DNA from: Acanthaster planci
Lineage: Eukaryota
Direction of reading: 5' to 3'
DNA length: 64,000 nucleotides
NCBI RefSeq assembly: GCF_001949145.1
Contig: NW_019091358.1
Coordinates: forward strand, 217,984 to 281,983
This document shows, piece after piece, positions 49,301 to 60,289 of this stretch. Under the pieces are notes generated by a model, which did not search any database, was not told the DNA's origin, and saw only the letters and a program-made list of their open reading frames with translations. Position numbers and translations under genes: made by a program. The number at the start of each line of letters is the position of its first letter. Position 1 is the stretch's first letter.

Positions 49301-51763
49301 GGATCAGATAGTTCTGACGAAGAGGTGTTGGTCCATTCACCTTCTCTGTTAAGGCCAACTGAACCACAGGAAGTGACTGTCCATGGGGGGGGCAAATCCA
49401 GCAAATGCCGTACCTGACGCACGACGCTCAGAGCGACTTAAGAAGAGTCGTCGCACAGGGCAGTAGCCCAGTGCAATTACTTGACTCTTTGATGGTTGTT
49501 AGGAGGCGGGGCGCCCGCGTCACACTTGTGATGTGAGTCATGGTTTAGGCTTGGGCGGTATTGCCTTTTTCGATACAGCGGTATCCATGAAAAAATACCG
49601 CTGTTTTTACTAATACAGCGGTATTCGTTGCAGAAGGCAATGACGTCATCAAAAAGCAGCGGCGATGCTGGCATTCAAAGGCAAACCACAAACAACACTG
49701 GGGGCCAGCATAAAGGGTTTTTAACGTCACAAACCCCCTAAACTTAGTAACTATTATAATTTATCTTTCCATTTGATGTCAGATAAAAATTATTCATTTT
49801 TTTTTAAAAAGGGACGGTGTTTAAAATACCGATTTGTTGCTCCGCGTTTCCTATATCTGTGCGGTTACTCGTACATGTTTTATTCCTCAATGCTCGTACG
49901 GTGTCAAAATCTGCACATGTGCTTGCAGTCAAGCCGAGACAGTGCGTTATTGTAATGATTACGTGCGGGTCACCAGTGGCTGCTCCTTCTCGCTGCACCC
50001 TAACACTGCGCGTGTGCAATGGTAAGGCGGCTTTCAGAAAACTCTGCGACGCGGCAGTCGACTCCTATTTCGAAACCGGTTGTAACAAAATTCCGATTAC
50101 AACATGCACAAATCTGTGGTCCCAGTGAAAACGTGCATATTTCTATGGGGAGAAAATATGTTACAGCAAAATAGCATTGTACAAAATTCCTGGTACAACG
50201 TAAGGTTTTTTTTAACTCCGTTGACTGAAAAACCATTCTTGACGACCCATTCATAAAGCGTTTGCGAATCGCAGTGGTGAAAACACGTGTGCGGTGCACC
50301 ACACTGGTTCCCGTCGGGCCGAACCGTTGCCAATGAAGGCATGATGGAAATGTGGCAAGCAGTCAATGTACAGGTTCTGCCAAAAAAAGGGTCGTACGTT
50401 CCACTACATCGAATGCAGCTCTATAGTTGCAAGTCGAAAAACACTGCCGTCACAAATTTTTCTGCAGGTTCATTCACAAAAATTGATCTCATGTCTATGT
50501 TTGTGTTTTCTGTGTTCATGAATTTAATTTGAAGTTGTACTGCTTGTACTCAAGCGAGCGTGCTCCCACAAAATTTCCAGTCGCGCAACAAAAGGCTTAT
50601 CGCACGCACGCTTACAACGCGATATACAGACATCGGTTGCCATATTCCTGTCGTCATGACACACATAGTGCACGATTAAAAAATCCATGATATTTTACAT
50701 TCATTACACAAACACCAAAACAAAAATTCCCATCCCATTTCCGATAAAATACGCCCCAAATAAGTTCGCATGACTATTCTCGTATCTCAAGAGTCCAACT
50801 AATCGCCCAACACTGAATTATTCATATTGCTGCAAAGAAATCTAGCGTGCCCGCCAATGAGACTGTGCACTTTCATGACGTAGATTTGGCAAGACACAGC
50901 TATCCAATCGCAGTACTAGTTCGTGACATTATGCTTCTTCGGCGACCATCTCGCACGCGGGCGGCCGCAGTGGGCGAGTGATCTCGGACTACCAATCAAT
51001 CGTGTCATGCAGCTTGTGTCAAAAATCAAAAGAGAGGCGAAAAATTAAACAAAAAATGTCTCTCCGTGGCACAATTTGTGTTGGAAAGACTACTTACATG
51101 GATGAGGGCTTTAGTTGATGAGCCTTCACATTCTTGCAGGTACATCCAGGCCTACATGTGCATGCAGGTTACTCACTGTTGGCTTCGTTGTCATCCATGG
51201 CGATTGAAAGTCTTTTAAAAATCCCTGGATCGATGCTTTCACATGTATTTGCTTTTTTAAATTTCAAATGTGCATTAAACATGTTGTCCTATGACAATGA
51301 AGTTTATTATTCTAAACACATCACAAGGTATTTGATTAATCATAACCGAGAGATCTTTTTGATCAACCACGTTGTCCTAATTTTATATTCCGGAAAAACT
51401 GAAATACAAGCAGTGACAAGTGAGGTATCAGGTTTTTGCTTCTCTTTTCGTGTGGTTGGAACGATTGTGAGAACAATAAAATAGATCGTTGATTGCCATG
51501 GATGTCGAACAGATGCAGGTTTATGGAATCATTTTATAGTTTATGACACACATTCCTGGCTTCGGTTAGATAGAATTTCACACAATATCTGTACATGTTG
51601 TATATAAAGGACAAAAAAAGACCCAAAGAGAGCACAAGTGTAATGTTCATTGTCTGTGCATTTGTTTACTTGTTAAACTCCACCTCATGGTGGCGCTCTT
51701 CAACTCCATAGTTCATTTAAGGTCAAATACCATGCTGGCACCCTTTTCAGACACTTCACAATA

Positions 51764-54700
51764 NNNNNNNNNNNNNNNNNNNNNNNNNNNNNNNNNNNNN
51801 NNNNNNNNNNNNNNNNNNNNNNNNNNNNNNNNNNNNNNNNNNNNNNNNNNNNNNNNNNNNNNNNNNNNNNNNNNNNNNNNNNNNNNNNNNNNNNNNNNNN
51901 NNNNNNNNNNNNNNNNNNNNNNNNNNNNNNNNNNNNNNNNNNNNNNNNNNNNNNNNNNNNNNNNNNNNNNNNNNNNNNNNNNNNNNNNNNNNNNNNNNNN
52001 NNNNNNNNNNNNNNNNNNNNNNNNNNNNNNNNNNNNNNNNNNNNNNNNNNNNNNNNNNNNNNNNNNNNNNNNNNNNNNNNNNNNNNNNNNNNNNNNNNNN
52101 NNNNNNNNNNNNNNNNNNNNNNNNNNNNNNNNNNNNNNNNNNNNNNNNNNNNNNNNNNNNNNNNNNNNNNNNNNNNNNNNNNNNNNNNNNNNNNNNNNNN
52201 NNNNNNNNNNNNNNNNNNNNNNNNNNNNNNNNNNNNNNNNNNNNNNNNNNNNNNNNNNNNNNNNNNNNNNNNNNNNNNNNNNNNNNNNNNNNNNNNNNNN
52301 NNNNNNNNNNNNNNNNNNNNNNNNNNNNNNNNNNNNNNNNNNNNNNNNNNNNNNNNNNNNNNNNNNNNNNNNNNNNNNNNNNNNNNNNNNNNNNNNNNNN
52401 NNNNNNNNNNNNNNNNNNNNNNNNNNNNNNNNNNNNNNNNNNNNNNNNNNNNNNNNNNNNNNNNNNNNNNNNNNNNNNNNNNNNNNNNNNNNNNNNNNNN
52501 NNNNNNNGTGAATTGACTGTTCCCGACAAGTGAACAGGCAAGATGTCTGATCAGAGCCCACCCGTTCAAAGTGAGTTACCGGACACCAGTGTTCAAGATG
52601 ATACAGATGTACCTGGTCGTCCTCAACGAGAGAGACGCCCCACCTACAAGGCGCTTATCACTTCCATCCAAGCAGCCGAGAAAGAACTGAACCAGCTGTG
52701 GAAGATGACCCAGCAGGCCCTCAGACAGACGTCAGAGCCAACTACTGCTGATAACGCCCTTGCCATAGTCAAAGAGGCAAAAAATACCCTAGAGGCCTAC
52801 CACGAGTGTTGGAACAAGCTGGAGAAACTGTACGATCAAGACGAATCACTCAAGGAAGATGCGCTTCAAGCCAGAACGACGTTTCTCGAGAACAGCAACA
52901 ATGCCAACAGTTCCATTGCCCAAGCCACGGAATGGGCATACTCCCTTGCACTTGAGACGAAATCCAACTTTTCGGGCCGATCGAGATGCACTGAACACAG
53001 CCTGCTGTCGAAATCCTCCAAGGCGTCGTCTTCATCCTCCTGCAGTGCCAAGGCCCAAGCCTTGGCCGCTGCTGCTGCTGCAGCTGAAAATGCAACATAT
53101 GAAGAACTGATCGCCAGGCGTTCATCAGAATTGGTCGCCCAGCAAGCCGCCAGAGAACTTGAACAGGTTCGACGAGACGCAGAGGCTCGAGTAGAGCACG
53201 CAAGGCGAGAATTGGAACATCAGACACTTCAAGCAGCAGCTGAAGCAGATATACAGATCCTGAAAGCCAAGCAAGCTGCGGCCATCGAGCGAGCTCGCTC
53301 CGAAGCCATCACCCAGGCGGACCAAGAAGAAAACGCACTGCTAACTTCGCCCAATCAGACCTCTAATGACCACGCTTCATTGTTTCGTTCATCCAATGAA
53401 GCCAAGACACCCCCCACAGAGACATGTCAACTCCGCCCCTCAGCCCCAGAATTCAAACCAGCAACAGAACAGTCCCCCTCACCTCAGAATTCCCCTCTCC
53501 TCTCAACAGGACCCACACAGTCAACGGAGCCATTAGGCAAGCAGAGCGCCGACATCACCCTAGTCAGTCTAACAAAGGACATAACCGACACGCTTGCACG
53601 CCAGAGACAACCAGCACATGAGCCTGACATCTATGGGGGAGACCCTATAATGTTCCAGCCGTGGCTGTCCTCCTTCAAGACGATGATTAGCCAGGCCCAA
53701 ACCCCATCTACACAGAAACTTGCTTTCCTGGCAAAATATACGAAGGGAGAAGTCAGACAACTAGTCGACCGTTTCCGTCATCGCTATGTGGCCAACCCTG
53801 AAACTGCCTACAAGGAGGCGCTAAAGGAACTGGAGGAGAGGTTTGGTGATAAAACCAAAATCACAACCCAAATCATAAAGAAACTCCATGATTTCCCCAA
53901 GATCAAAACAGACGAGCATCGCAAACTTCTGGAACTGGCAGACTTGTGCGCCAATACGGCCGCACAGATGGATGATCTAACCGGTCTACAGATCCTGAAT
54001 TACTCCTTCAACACGCACCCAATCCTGGAAAAACTACCCACCTACATACACAATGCGTGGAGAAAAAGAGCATCGGAATACAAGACGTCTGTCGGGACCT
54101 ACCCACCATTCTCCATGCTAGCGAAGTTCATCAAAGAAAAGGCCAGAATCCAAAACGACCCCGAGCTGTACCCTTCCCCCCATCTGAACCACAAACCAGA
54201 AAGAGCACCTGCCCGCCGGAGTCCCAGCTCATCCCTTCGAGTAATGGCCACCTCCACACCAGCAAAGTCTTTGTCTACTTCCCAGACGGTGAGCAGATGT
54301 CTTTATCATGACAAGCAGGGCCACCACATTTCTGAGTGCATCGCATTTCGCCGAGAACCCATGAAAGAAAGGAGAGAGTTCTGTAAAACCAAGGGCCTCT
54401 GCTACAAGTGTGGTGACAACCACAGGGTTAAGGACTGCAACACCAAAGTGCAGTGCAAGAAATGCCAAAGTCCGAACCACGCCACTTTCATGCACACAAT
54501 CCCGAAGGAGAATGCCGGGGAGCCGTCTGTTGACCCACCAGCTGACAAACCGAAGATTGAGGAAACAAATACGAAGTGCACCAAGTTCCTGTCTTGCTCC
54601 TCTGCACGATCGTGTTCCAAAATCGTTCTGTGCAAACTGTACCACAAGGATCGTCCCTCAAGATCCATCCTCGGGTACGTGGTACTGGATGATCAATCCA

Positions 54701-57700
54701 ACGCGTGCCTAGCAGACCCAGAAGTCTTCGAAGCATTGGAACTCCGAGGTCCATCTTTCCCCTATGAGCTCTCCACCTGCGGCGGAAGTAAAATAATGAC
54801 CGAAGGACGCCGAGCTAGCGGCATTGTTGTCGAGTCCCCCGAAGGAAAGACCGAGCGGCTTCCAACAGTCATCGAGAATGCACACATCCCTGGAGACAAA
54901 AAAGAAATCCCCTGCCCAGAAGTCTGCGCAAAATTCCCACATCTGAAGTCCATAGCGACCAAGGTACCAGAGATACGAGATGATGTAAACATCATCCTTC
55001 TCATCGGCAGAAGCTGTCCTGAGCCCCTCAAGATAAGAGAATCTCGGAATGGGCCGAAAGGTACACCGTGGCCTCAGTGCACTGATCTTGGCTGGACAGT
55101 TTCCGGACAAATCTGCATGGCCGGTGAAAATGGACGACTTCATGCCACTGTCAACCGCACGGTCATTCGGCCTGACACCTGTGAGAATCACATCAATGTG
55201 AAAGATGTCCTGTCACCCCCCAATTTTGCCACACCAACAACCGACCTATACGAAGAAACCTGTGACGACAACCTGAGAGCAATGTCCATTGAAGACCAGC
55301 GCTTCATCAAAATACTGTCCGAAGGCGCACACATTAATGCAAGTGGAAATCTGGAATTTCCCCTGCCTCTCAAAGAGACATCCACCAAGCTCCCCAACAA
55401 CTATCCACAAGCCCTGAGACGACTCAACAACGTTGTGAGGACCCTCAAACACAAACCAGAGATGAAAGCAGAGTATGTCGCGTACTTCGATAAGCTGTTG
55501 ACAAGGGGTCACGCGTCTCCGGTACCCGAGAAGGAGCTCACCTGTCAGCCCGACAAGGTGTGGTATCTTCCACACTTCCCTGTCCGTCACCCCAAGAAAC
55601 CAGACATCCGAGTCGTATTTGATGCCAGTGCAGAATATCACAACGTCTCCCTAAACAAGGCGCTGCTACAGGGCCCTGACCAGATGAATGGCCTACTTGG
55701 GATTCTGCTGAGGTTCAGGGTAGGAGAAGTTGCAATCATGGGCGACATCGAACAGATGTTTCACAACTTCCACGTGAACAAGGAGCACAGAGATTTCCTA
55801 CGCTTTCTGTGGTTTGAGAGCAACGACCCATCCAAACAGATAGCGCAGTATCGAATGAATGTGCATCTGTTTGGAAATGTATCATCGCCGGCAGTGGCCA
55901 CCTTTGGCCTGAGGATGATCGCAAACGAATGCCAACAGTCCCACGGACAGGACGTGCTGGACTTTGTCCGGCGCGACTTCTACGTCGATGACGGGCTTAC
56001 GTCATGTCCTGACACCCAATCAGCTGTCAGTCTCATCAGGCGTACCAGTGATGCATTGGCCACAAGAAAGGTACGTTTTCACAAAATTGCTTCAAATGAC
56101 AAAGATGTGATGAAGTCCCTCCCACAAGACGCACAAGCCAAGGATTTGAGAGCCCTGGATCTCGCCCGTGACGCACTACCCACACAGCGGTCTCTGGGAG
56201 TCTACTGGTCACTCGAGCGTGACACCTTCACTTTCCAGATCAACTTGGACGACAAACCCTTCACACGGCGGGGAGTACTGTCAGTAACCAGTTCAATATA
56301 TGATCCGATGGGCCTTGCCACTCCCGTGACGATCGAAGGGAAATGCATTCTCCGTCAACTCATAACCGATGCAAAGGGAGAACCGAGCAAACCCCAAGAT
56401 GTCTGGGATCGGCCACTTCCAGAAAAGCATCTCCCCAGATGGACCCGCTGGCACGACTCACTCCATCACCTCGAGAAGATCCATCTCCCTCGGTGTTTCC
56501 AACCGCAACAATTCGGCAATGCCAAGCGGAGGGAGATTCACATTTTTTCAGACGCCAGTGAGCACGCTATAGGAGCTGTAGCATACCTGAAGCTCATTAA
56601 CGACTGCGACCGACCGCACGTCTCCTTCTTACTGGCCAAAGCGCGTGTAACGCCTCAGCATGCTGTGTCAATTCCTCGTCTGGAGTTGTGTGGAGCGGTG
56701 CTGGCAACGGAGCTGGCAAAGATCATTCAGTCCGAGTTCAAAGATCGAATGTCTATCGACAGCACTTCATTTTACACAGACAGCAAAATCGTCCTCAGCT
56801 ACATTTCGAACGAGTCTAAGCGCTTCCACGTGTATGTCGCCAACCGAGTGCACAAGATCCACACCATGTCTACCCCAAACCAGTGGCATCATGTCCCCAC
56901 CGATGAAAACCCAGCCGACCTAGCTTCTCGATCAGTCCCAGCCAGCCAGCTGAATGCTACAATGTGGTTCAGAGGACCAAATTTCCTCTGGAATCAAGAA
57001 GACACCTCCAGAATCGTGGAGATCCATGCAAGAGACGAATTCCTCGTAAACCAAGAAGACCCTGAAGTGCGCAAAGAATCTCGCGTCATTCACACGAGTG
57101 TCGAGGACGAGGCACATGGCTCAGCCAACACGAAGAATGGACAGCAGTTGGGCTGCAGTCGCTTCTCCCGATTCTCTTCATGGACGACCCTTCTGCGAGC
57201 AGTATCAACTTTGATTAGCCACGTGAAAGGGTTCAAATCGCAAAACGATGAGACCGACAAAAACCCACCTCGCCAAGTGACATCAGGAGTGCTACAGCAG
57301 GCAGAGAACGTGATCCTCCGTGCCGTCCAGAACGAGTACTTCCATGACGAAACGGCTGCTCTCAAGTCAGGCGGAACAAACGCCCTGAAGAAGGATAGTC
57401 CCCTCCGTAAACTAAGCCCATTCATCGACGAAGACGGGATCATTCGAGTCGGAGGAAGGCTTCGAAGAGCGGATCTCGACCTTGGAGGACGCCATCCTGT
57501 ACTCCTACCCAAGAGCAGCCACATCTCCATCTTAGTAATACGACATTTCTACCATGAAGTACAACACCAGGGTCGACATTTAACCCTCGCTTCAGTACGA
57601 GCTGGAGGAAAATGGATCATCGGAGCCCACGACCTAGTCCGAAGCGTGATCAATCGCTGCACTGTATGTCGCAAACTGCGAGGCAAACCACTTACCCAGG

Positions 57701-59609
57701 TGATGGCGGACTTACCCGAAGACCGACTGCAAGCAACCCCTCCATTCACCAACGTTGGAATGGATGTATTTGGCCCATGGAGCGTCATCACAAGAAAGAC
57801 GCGAGGCGGCTCGGCTGAGGCCAAGAGATGGGCAGTGCTGTTCACCTGCCTTTGCACCAGAGCTGTACATGTGGAAGTTATCGAGGCCATGGACACCTCG
57901 GCCCTGATCTCTGCGCTAAGAAGGTTTTGCTCCCTCCGGGGCCCCATTGCTCGACTAAGATGTGACAGAGGGACCAATTTCATTGGCGCCGAGGGAACAC
58001 TCAATCAAGAACAGGTTGCCAGGTACCTGACATCGAAAAACTGTGAATGGATCTTCAATCCCCCTAAAGCTTCCCACTTCGGAGGTATCTGGGAAAGACA
58101 GATTGGGATCATTCGCCGAGTCTTAGATTCAATGTTCATTCAACTTGGGAAACACCAACTTACCCACGATGTCCTCATCACCTTTATGGCAGAGGCATGC
58201 GCCATTGTCAACTCTAGACCCATCACGACCATTTCTTCAGACGCAAACGACCCGCTTCCTCTGACTCCGGCCATGCTTCTTACCCTGAAGTCTCACCCCG
58301 TCGACGCTCCCCCTGGCAACTTTGTGAAGGAGGACCTGTATGGCCGACAACATTGGCGACGTGTACAGTACCTCGCTAATCAATTCTGGACACGATGGCG
58401 AAAGGAGTACCTACAGAGCCTCCAACCCCGTCAGAAATGGACTCAGACCACGCCTGACCTCTCAGAAGGGGACGTCGTGATTCTCCGGCAAAAGGAACTT
58501 CCACGCAACAGATGGCCACTAGCGCGTGTCACGAAGACCTACCCCAGTGATGACTCCAGAGTCCGCAAAGTCGATATCGTGATCTGCGTCGACGGGACAC
58601 GCCGAACCTACCTGCGACCAATCTCGGAACTTGTGCTCCTTGAGAGGGCGTCCGACTCAAAATAGCACCCCGATACTGACTGACAGATGTACCAAGCACA
58701 AACAATGATCCTCTTAGTTATTCTGTAAAAATTCTCCTCAGATTATTTTTAGACGGGGAGNNNNNNNNNNNNNNNNNNNNNNNNNNNNNNNNNNNNNNNN
58801 NNNNNNNNNNNNNNNNNNNNNNNNNNNNNNNNNNNNNNNNNNNNNNNNNNNNNNNNNNNNNNNNNNNNNNNNNNNNNNNNNNNNNNNNNNNNNNNNNNNN
58901 NNNNNNNNNNNNNNNNNNNNNNNNNNNNNNNNNNNNNNNNNNNNNNNNNNNNNNNNNNNNNNNNNNNNNNNNNNNNNNNNNNNNNNNNNNNNNNNNNNNN
59001 NNNNNNNNNNNNNNNNNNNNNNNNNNNNNNNNNNNNNNNNNNNNNNNNNNNNNNNNNNNNNNNNNNNNNNNNNNNNNNNNNNNNNNNNNNNNNNNNNNNN
59101 NNNNNNNNNNNNNNNNNNNNNNNNNNNNNNNNNNNNNNNNNNNNNNNNNNNNNNNNNNNNNNNNNNNNNNNNNNNNNNNNNNNNNNNNNNNNNNNNNNNN
59201 NNNNNNNNNNNNNNNNNNNNNNNNNNNNNNNNNNNNNNNNNNNNNNNNNNNNNNNNNNNNNNNNNNNNNNNNNNNNNNNNNNNNNNNNNNNNNNNNNNNN
59301 NNNNNNNNNNNNNNNNNNNNNNNNNNNNNNNNNNNNNNNNNNNNNNNNNNNNNNNNNNNNNNNNNNNNNNNNNNNNNNNNNNNNNNNNNNNNNNNNNNNN
59401 NNNNNNNNNNNNNNNNNNNNNNNNNNNNNNNNNNNNNNNNNNNNNNNNNNNNNNNNNNNNNNNNNNNNNNNNNNNNNNNNNNNNNNNNNNNNNNNNNNNN
59501 NNNNNNNNNNNNNNNNNNNNNNNNNNNNNNNNNNNNNNNNNNNNNNNNNNNNNNNNNNNNNNNNNNNNNNNNNNNNNNNNNNNNNNNNNNNNNNNNNNNN
59601 NNNNNNNNN
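51764..59609 (+). mobile_element. Bel/Pao element, full extent; LTRs probably lie in the N gaps 51764-52507 and 58761-59609
   Basis: The PPT-like agacggggag ends exactly at the second gap. Two gaps of similar size bracket the ORF. Confidence 0.8.
52543..58665 (+). CDS. Intact Bel/Pao LTR-retrotransposon gag-pol polyprotein (2040 aa)
   Basis: A single ORF with a DUF1759-like gag (EPDIYGGDP..F..W), three Cys/His knuckles, protease VLDDQSN, RT (WYLPHFPV.HPKKP.IRVVFDAS, FYVDD), Pao RNase H (HIFSDAS, IPRLEL), integrase (CTVC, GMDVFGP, CDRGTNF, GGIWER) and a DUF5641-like WRRVQYLANQFWTRWRKEYL. Confidence 0.97.
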   Translation: MSDQSPPVQSELPDTSVQDDTDVPGRPQRERRPTYKALITSIQAAEKELNQLWKMTQQALRQTSEPTTADNALAIVKEAKNTLEAYHECWNKLEKLYDQDESLKEDALQARTTFLENSNNANSSIAQATEWAYSLALETKSNFSGRSRCTEHSLLSKSSKASSSSSCSAKAQALAAAAAAAENATYEELIARRSSELVAQQAARELEQVRRDAEARVEHARRELEHQTLQAAAEADIQILKAKQAAAIERARSEAITQADQEENALLTSPNQTSNDHASLFRSSNEAKTPPTETCQLRPSAPEFKPATEQSPSPQNSPLLSTGPTQSTEPLGKQSADITLVSLTKDITDTLARQRQPAHEPDIYGGDPIMFQPWLSSFKTMISQAQTPSTQKLAFLAKYTKGEVRQLVDRFRHRYVANPETAYKEALKELEERFGDKTKITTQIIKKLHDFPKIKTDEHRKLLELADLCANTAAQMDDLTGLQILNYSFNTHPILEKLPTYIHNAWRKRASEYKTSVGTYPPFSMLAKFIKEKARIQNDPELYPSPHLNHKPERAPARRSPSSSLRVMATSTPAKSLSTSQTVSRCLYHDKQGHHISECIAFRREPMKERREFCKTKGLCYKCGDNHRVKDCNTKVQCKKCQSPNHATFMHTIPKENAGEPSVDPPADKPKIEETNTKCTKFLSCSSARSCSKIVLCKLYHKDRPSRSILGYVVLDDQSNACLADPEVFEALELRGPSFPYELSTCGGSKIMTEGRRASGIVVESPEGKTERLPTVIENAHIPGDKKEIPCPEVCAKFPHLKSIATKVPEIRDDVNIILLIGRSCPEPLKIRESRNGPKGTPWPQCTDLGWTVSGQICMAGENGRLHATVNRTVIRPDTCENHINVKDVLSPPNFATPTTDLYEETCDDNLRAMSIEDQRFIKILSEGAHINASGNLEFPLPLKETSTKLPNNYPQALRRLNNVVRTLKHKPEMKAEYVAYFDKLLTRGHASPVPEKELTCQPDKVWYLPHFPVRHPKKPDIRVVFDASAEYHNVSLNKALLQGPDQMNGLLGILLRFRVGEVAIMGDIEQMFHNFHVNKEHRDFLRFLWFESNDPSKQIAQYRMNVHLFGNVSSPAVATFGLRMIANECQQSHGQDVLDFVRRDFYVDDGLTSCPDTQSAVSLIRRTSDALATRKVRFHKIASNDKDVMKSLPQDAQAKDLRALDLARDALPTQRSLGVYWSLERDTFTFQINLDDKPFTRRGVLSVTSSIYDPMGLATPVTIEGKCILRQLITDAKGEPSKPQDVWDRPLPEKHLPRWTRWHDSLHHLEKIHLPRCFQPQQFGNAKRREIHIFSDASEHAIGAVAYLKLINDCDRPHVSFLLAKARVTPQHAVSIPRLELCGAVLATELAKIIQSEFKDRMSIDSTSFYTDSKIVLSYISNESKRFHVYVANRVHKIHTMSTPNQWHHVPTDENPADLASRSVPASQLNATMWFRGPNFLWNQEDTSRIVEIHARDEFLVNQEDPEVRKESRVIHTSVEDEAHGSANTKNGQQLGCSRFSRFSSWTTLLRAVSTLISHVKGFKSQNDETDKNPPRQVTSGVLQQAENVILRAVQNEYFHDETAALKSGGTNALKKDSPLRKLSPFIDEDGIIRVGGRLRRADLDLGGRHPVLLPKSSHISILVIRHFYHEVQHQGRHLTLASVRAGGKWIIGAHDLVRSVINRCTVCRKLRGKPLTQVMADLPEDRLQATPPFTNVGMDVFGPWSVITRKTRGGSAEAKRWAVLFTCLCTRAVHVEVIEAMDTSALISALRRFCSLRGPIARLRCDRGTNFIGAEGTLNQEQVARYLTSKNCEWIFNPPKASHFGGIWERQIGIIRRVLDSMFIQLGKHQLTHDVLITFMAEACAIVNSRPITTISSDANDPLPLTPAMLLTLKSHPVDAPPGNFVKEDLYGRQHWRRVQYLANQFWTRWRKEYLQSLQPRQKWTQTTPDLSEGDVVILRQKELPRNRWPLARVTKTYPSDDSRVRKVDIVICVDGTRRTYLRPISELVLLERASDSK

Positions 59610-60289
59610 CAAGGCTAGCACAAGCAGCATTCGCATTTTTTGATCCGCCAATAAAAATCTTCGGAAAGCAAAGTCCAGTGCGGATACGGAAGACCAGCTG
59701 ATTTTTAATTCCCAGCCTGTAGGGCTGTGATGCTTGTACGTGTATACATGCGCCAACTAGTAATACAAGAAGCACTACCCACAAGCTATTCCAAAACTGC
59801 AAACTTGATGGCGGCAATAGGGAAACAAAACCTTTTGACAGGCAGGTTGATGGCTGCAAGCTGAAGTAGCATGTTACGTCTTATCTCTTGAACACCAAAA
59901 GAAACAATACAAACGTGATGCTGGATGACTGAAAACACAAAGTATGTAGTCAGTGTTGTGAATATAATTGTCTGCTTTCATCTTATGAGGGCTGTGGGAA
60001 CATTCTGAACAAATTAGCCAGAATACCGCGGTATTGAACTTCAATACCGAATTAGTCAGTATTCCGGTATTCATGGATTGTTAGTCGGTATTGTTCGGTA
60101 TTAAAAACAAAACCGCGGTATTCGGGAATACCGAAATACTGCCCAAGCCAAGTGGCCGCTGTACGGGAACATTAACCGTTGATTTTCAATCCCACCTTTA
60201 TGTAAATCATTTGGAATTCTTCCTGCACATACACAAATAATTAATCTTCGCTCCAAGATGTCACAAGGGGCTGAAAGGAAGCTGTACCT

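Larger units (their letters stand above)
41998..49440 (+). mobile_element. Ty3/Gypsy LTR retrotransposon B, decayed, 3' LTR missing
   Basis: Parts in order: LTR and PBS; gag from ATG 44467 (LKEWLDDIE...HLVGSAREEV, CCHC relic CLFCK.LGHKQENC); protease VLDTGA; RT (SSSPYAGPVVLVRKK, LCIDYR, YLDD ~47082); RNase H (DASLRGLGACL); integrase (AVDFLKL, HSDQGRNFES, QGNGQTE). Confidence 0.93.
49546..60151. mobile_element. hAT-like non-autonomous DNA transposon (ends), containing the nested Bel/Pao element
   Basis: TIRs are taggcttgggcggtat (49546) and atactgcccaagccaa (ends 60151). Many AATACCG/CGGTATT subterminal motifs lie at 49557-49830 and 60022-60133. The 8-bp flanks do not match. Confidence 0.7.

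Noticed and set aside
49850..50400. Transposase, THAP or BED coding remnant inside the hAT-like element
   Set aside because: The frames are Cys-rich, but no motif could be identified with confidence.
51687..52569. Long ORFs in the track spanning the first N run (and 58738-59859 across the second)
   Set aside because: They are artefacts of translating Ns.
52850..58004. Many antisense or alternate-frame ORFs within the Bel/Pao ORF
   Set aside because: They are shadow ORFs of a GC-richer coding region with no recognisable motifs.
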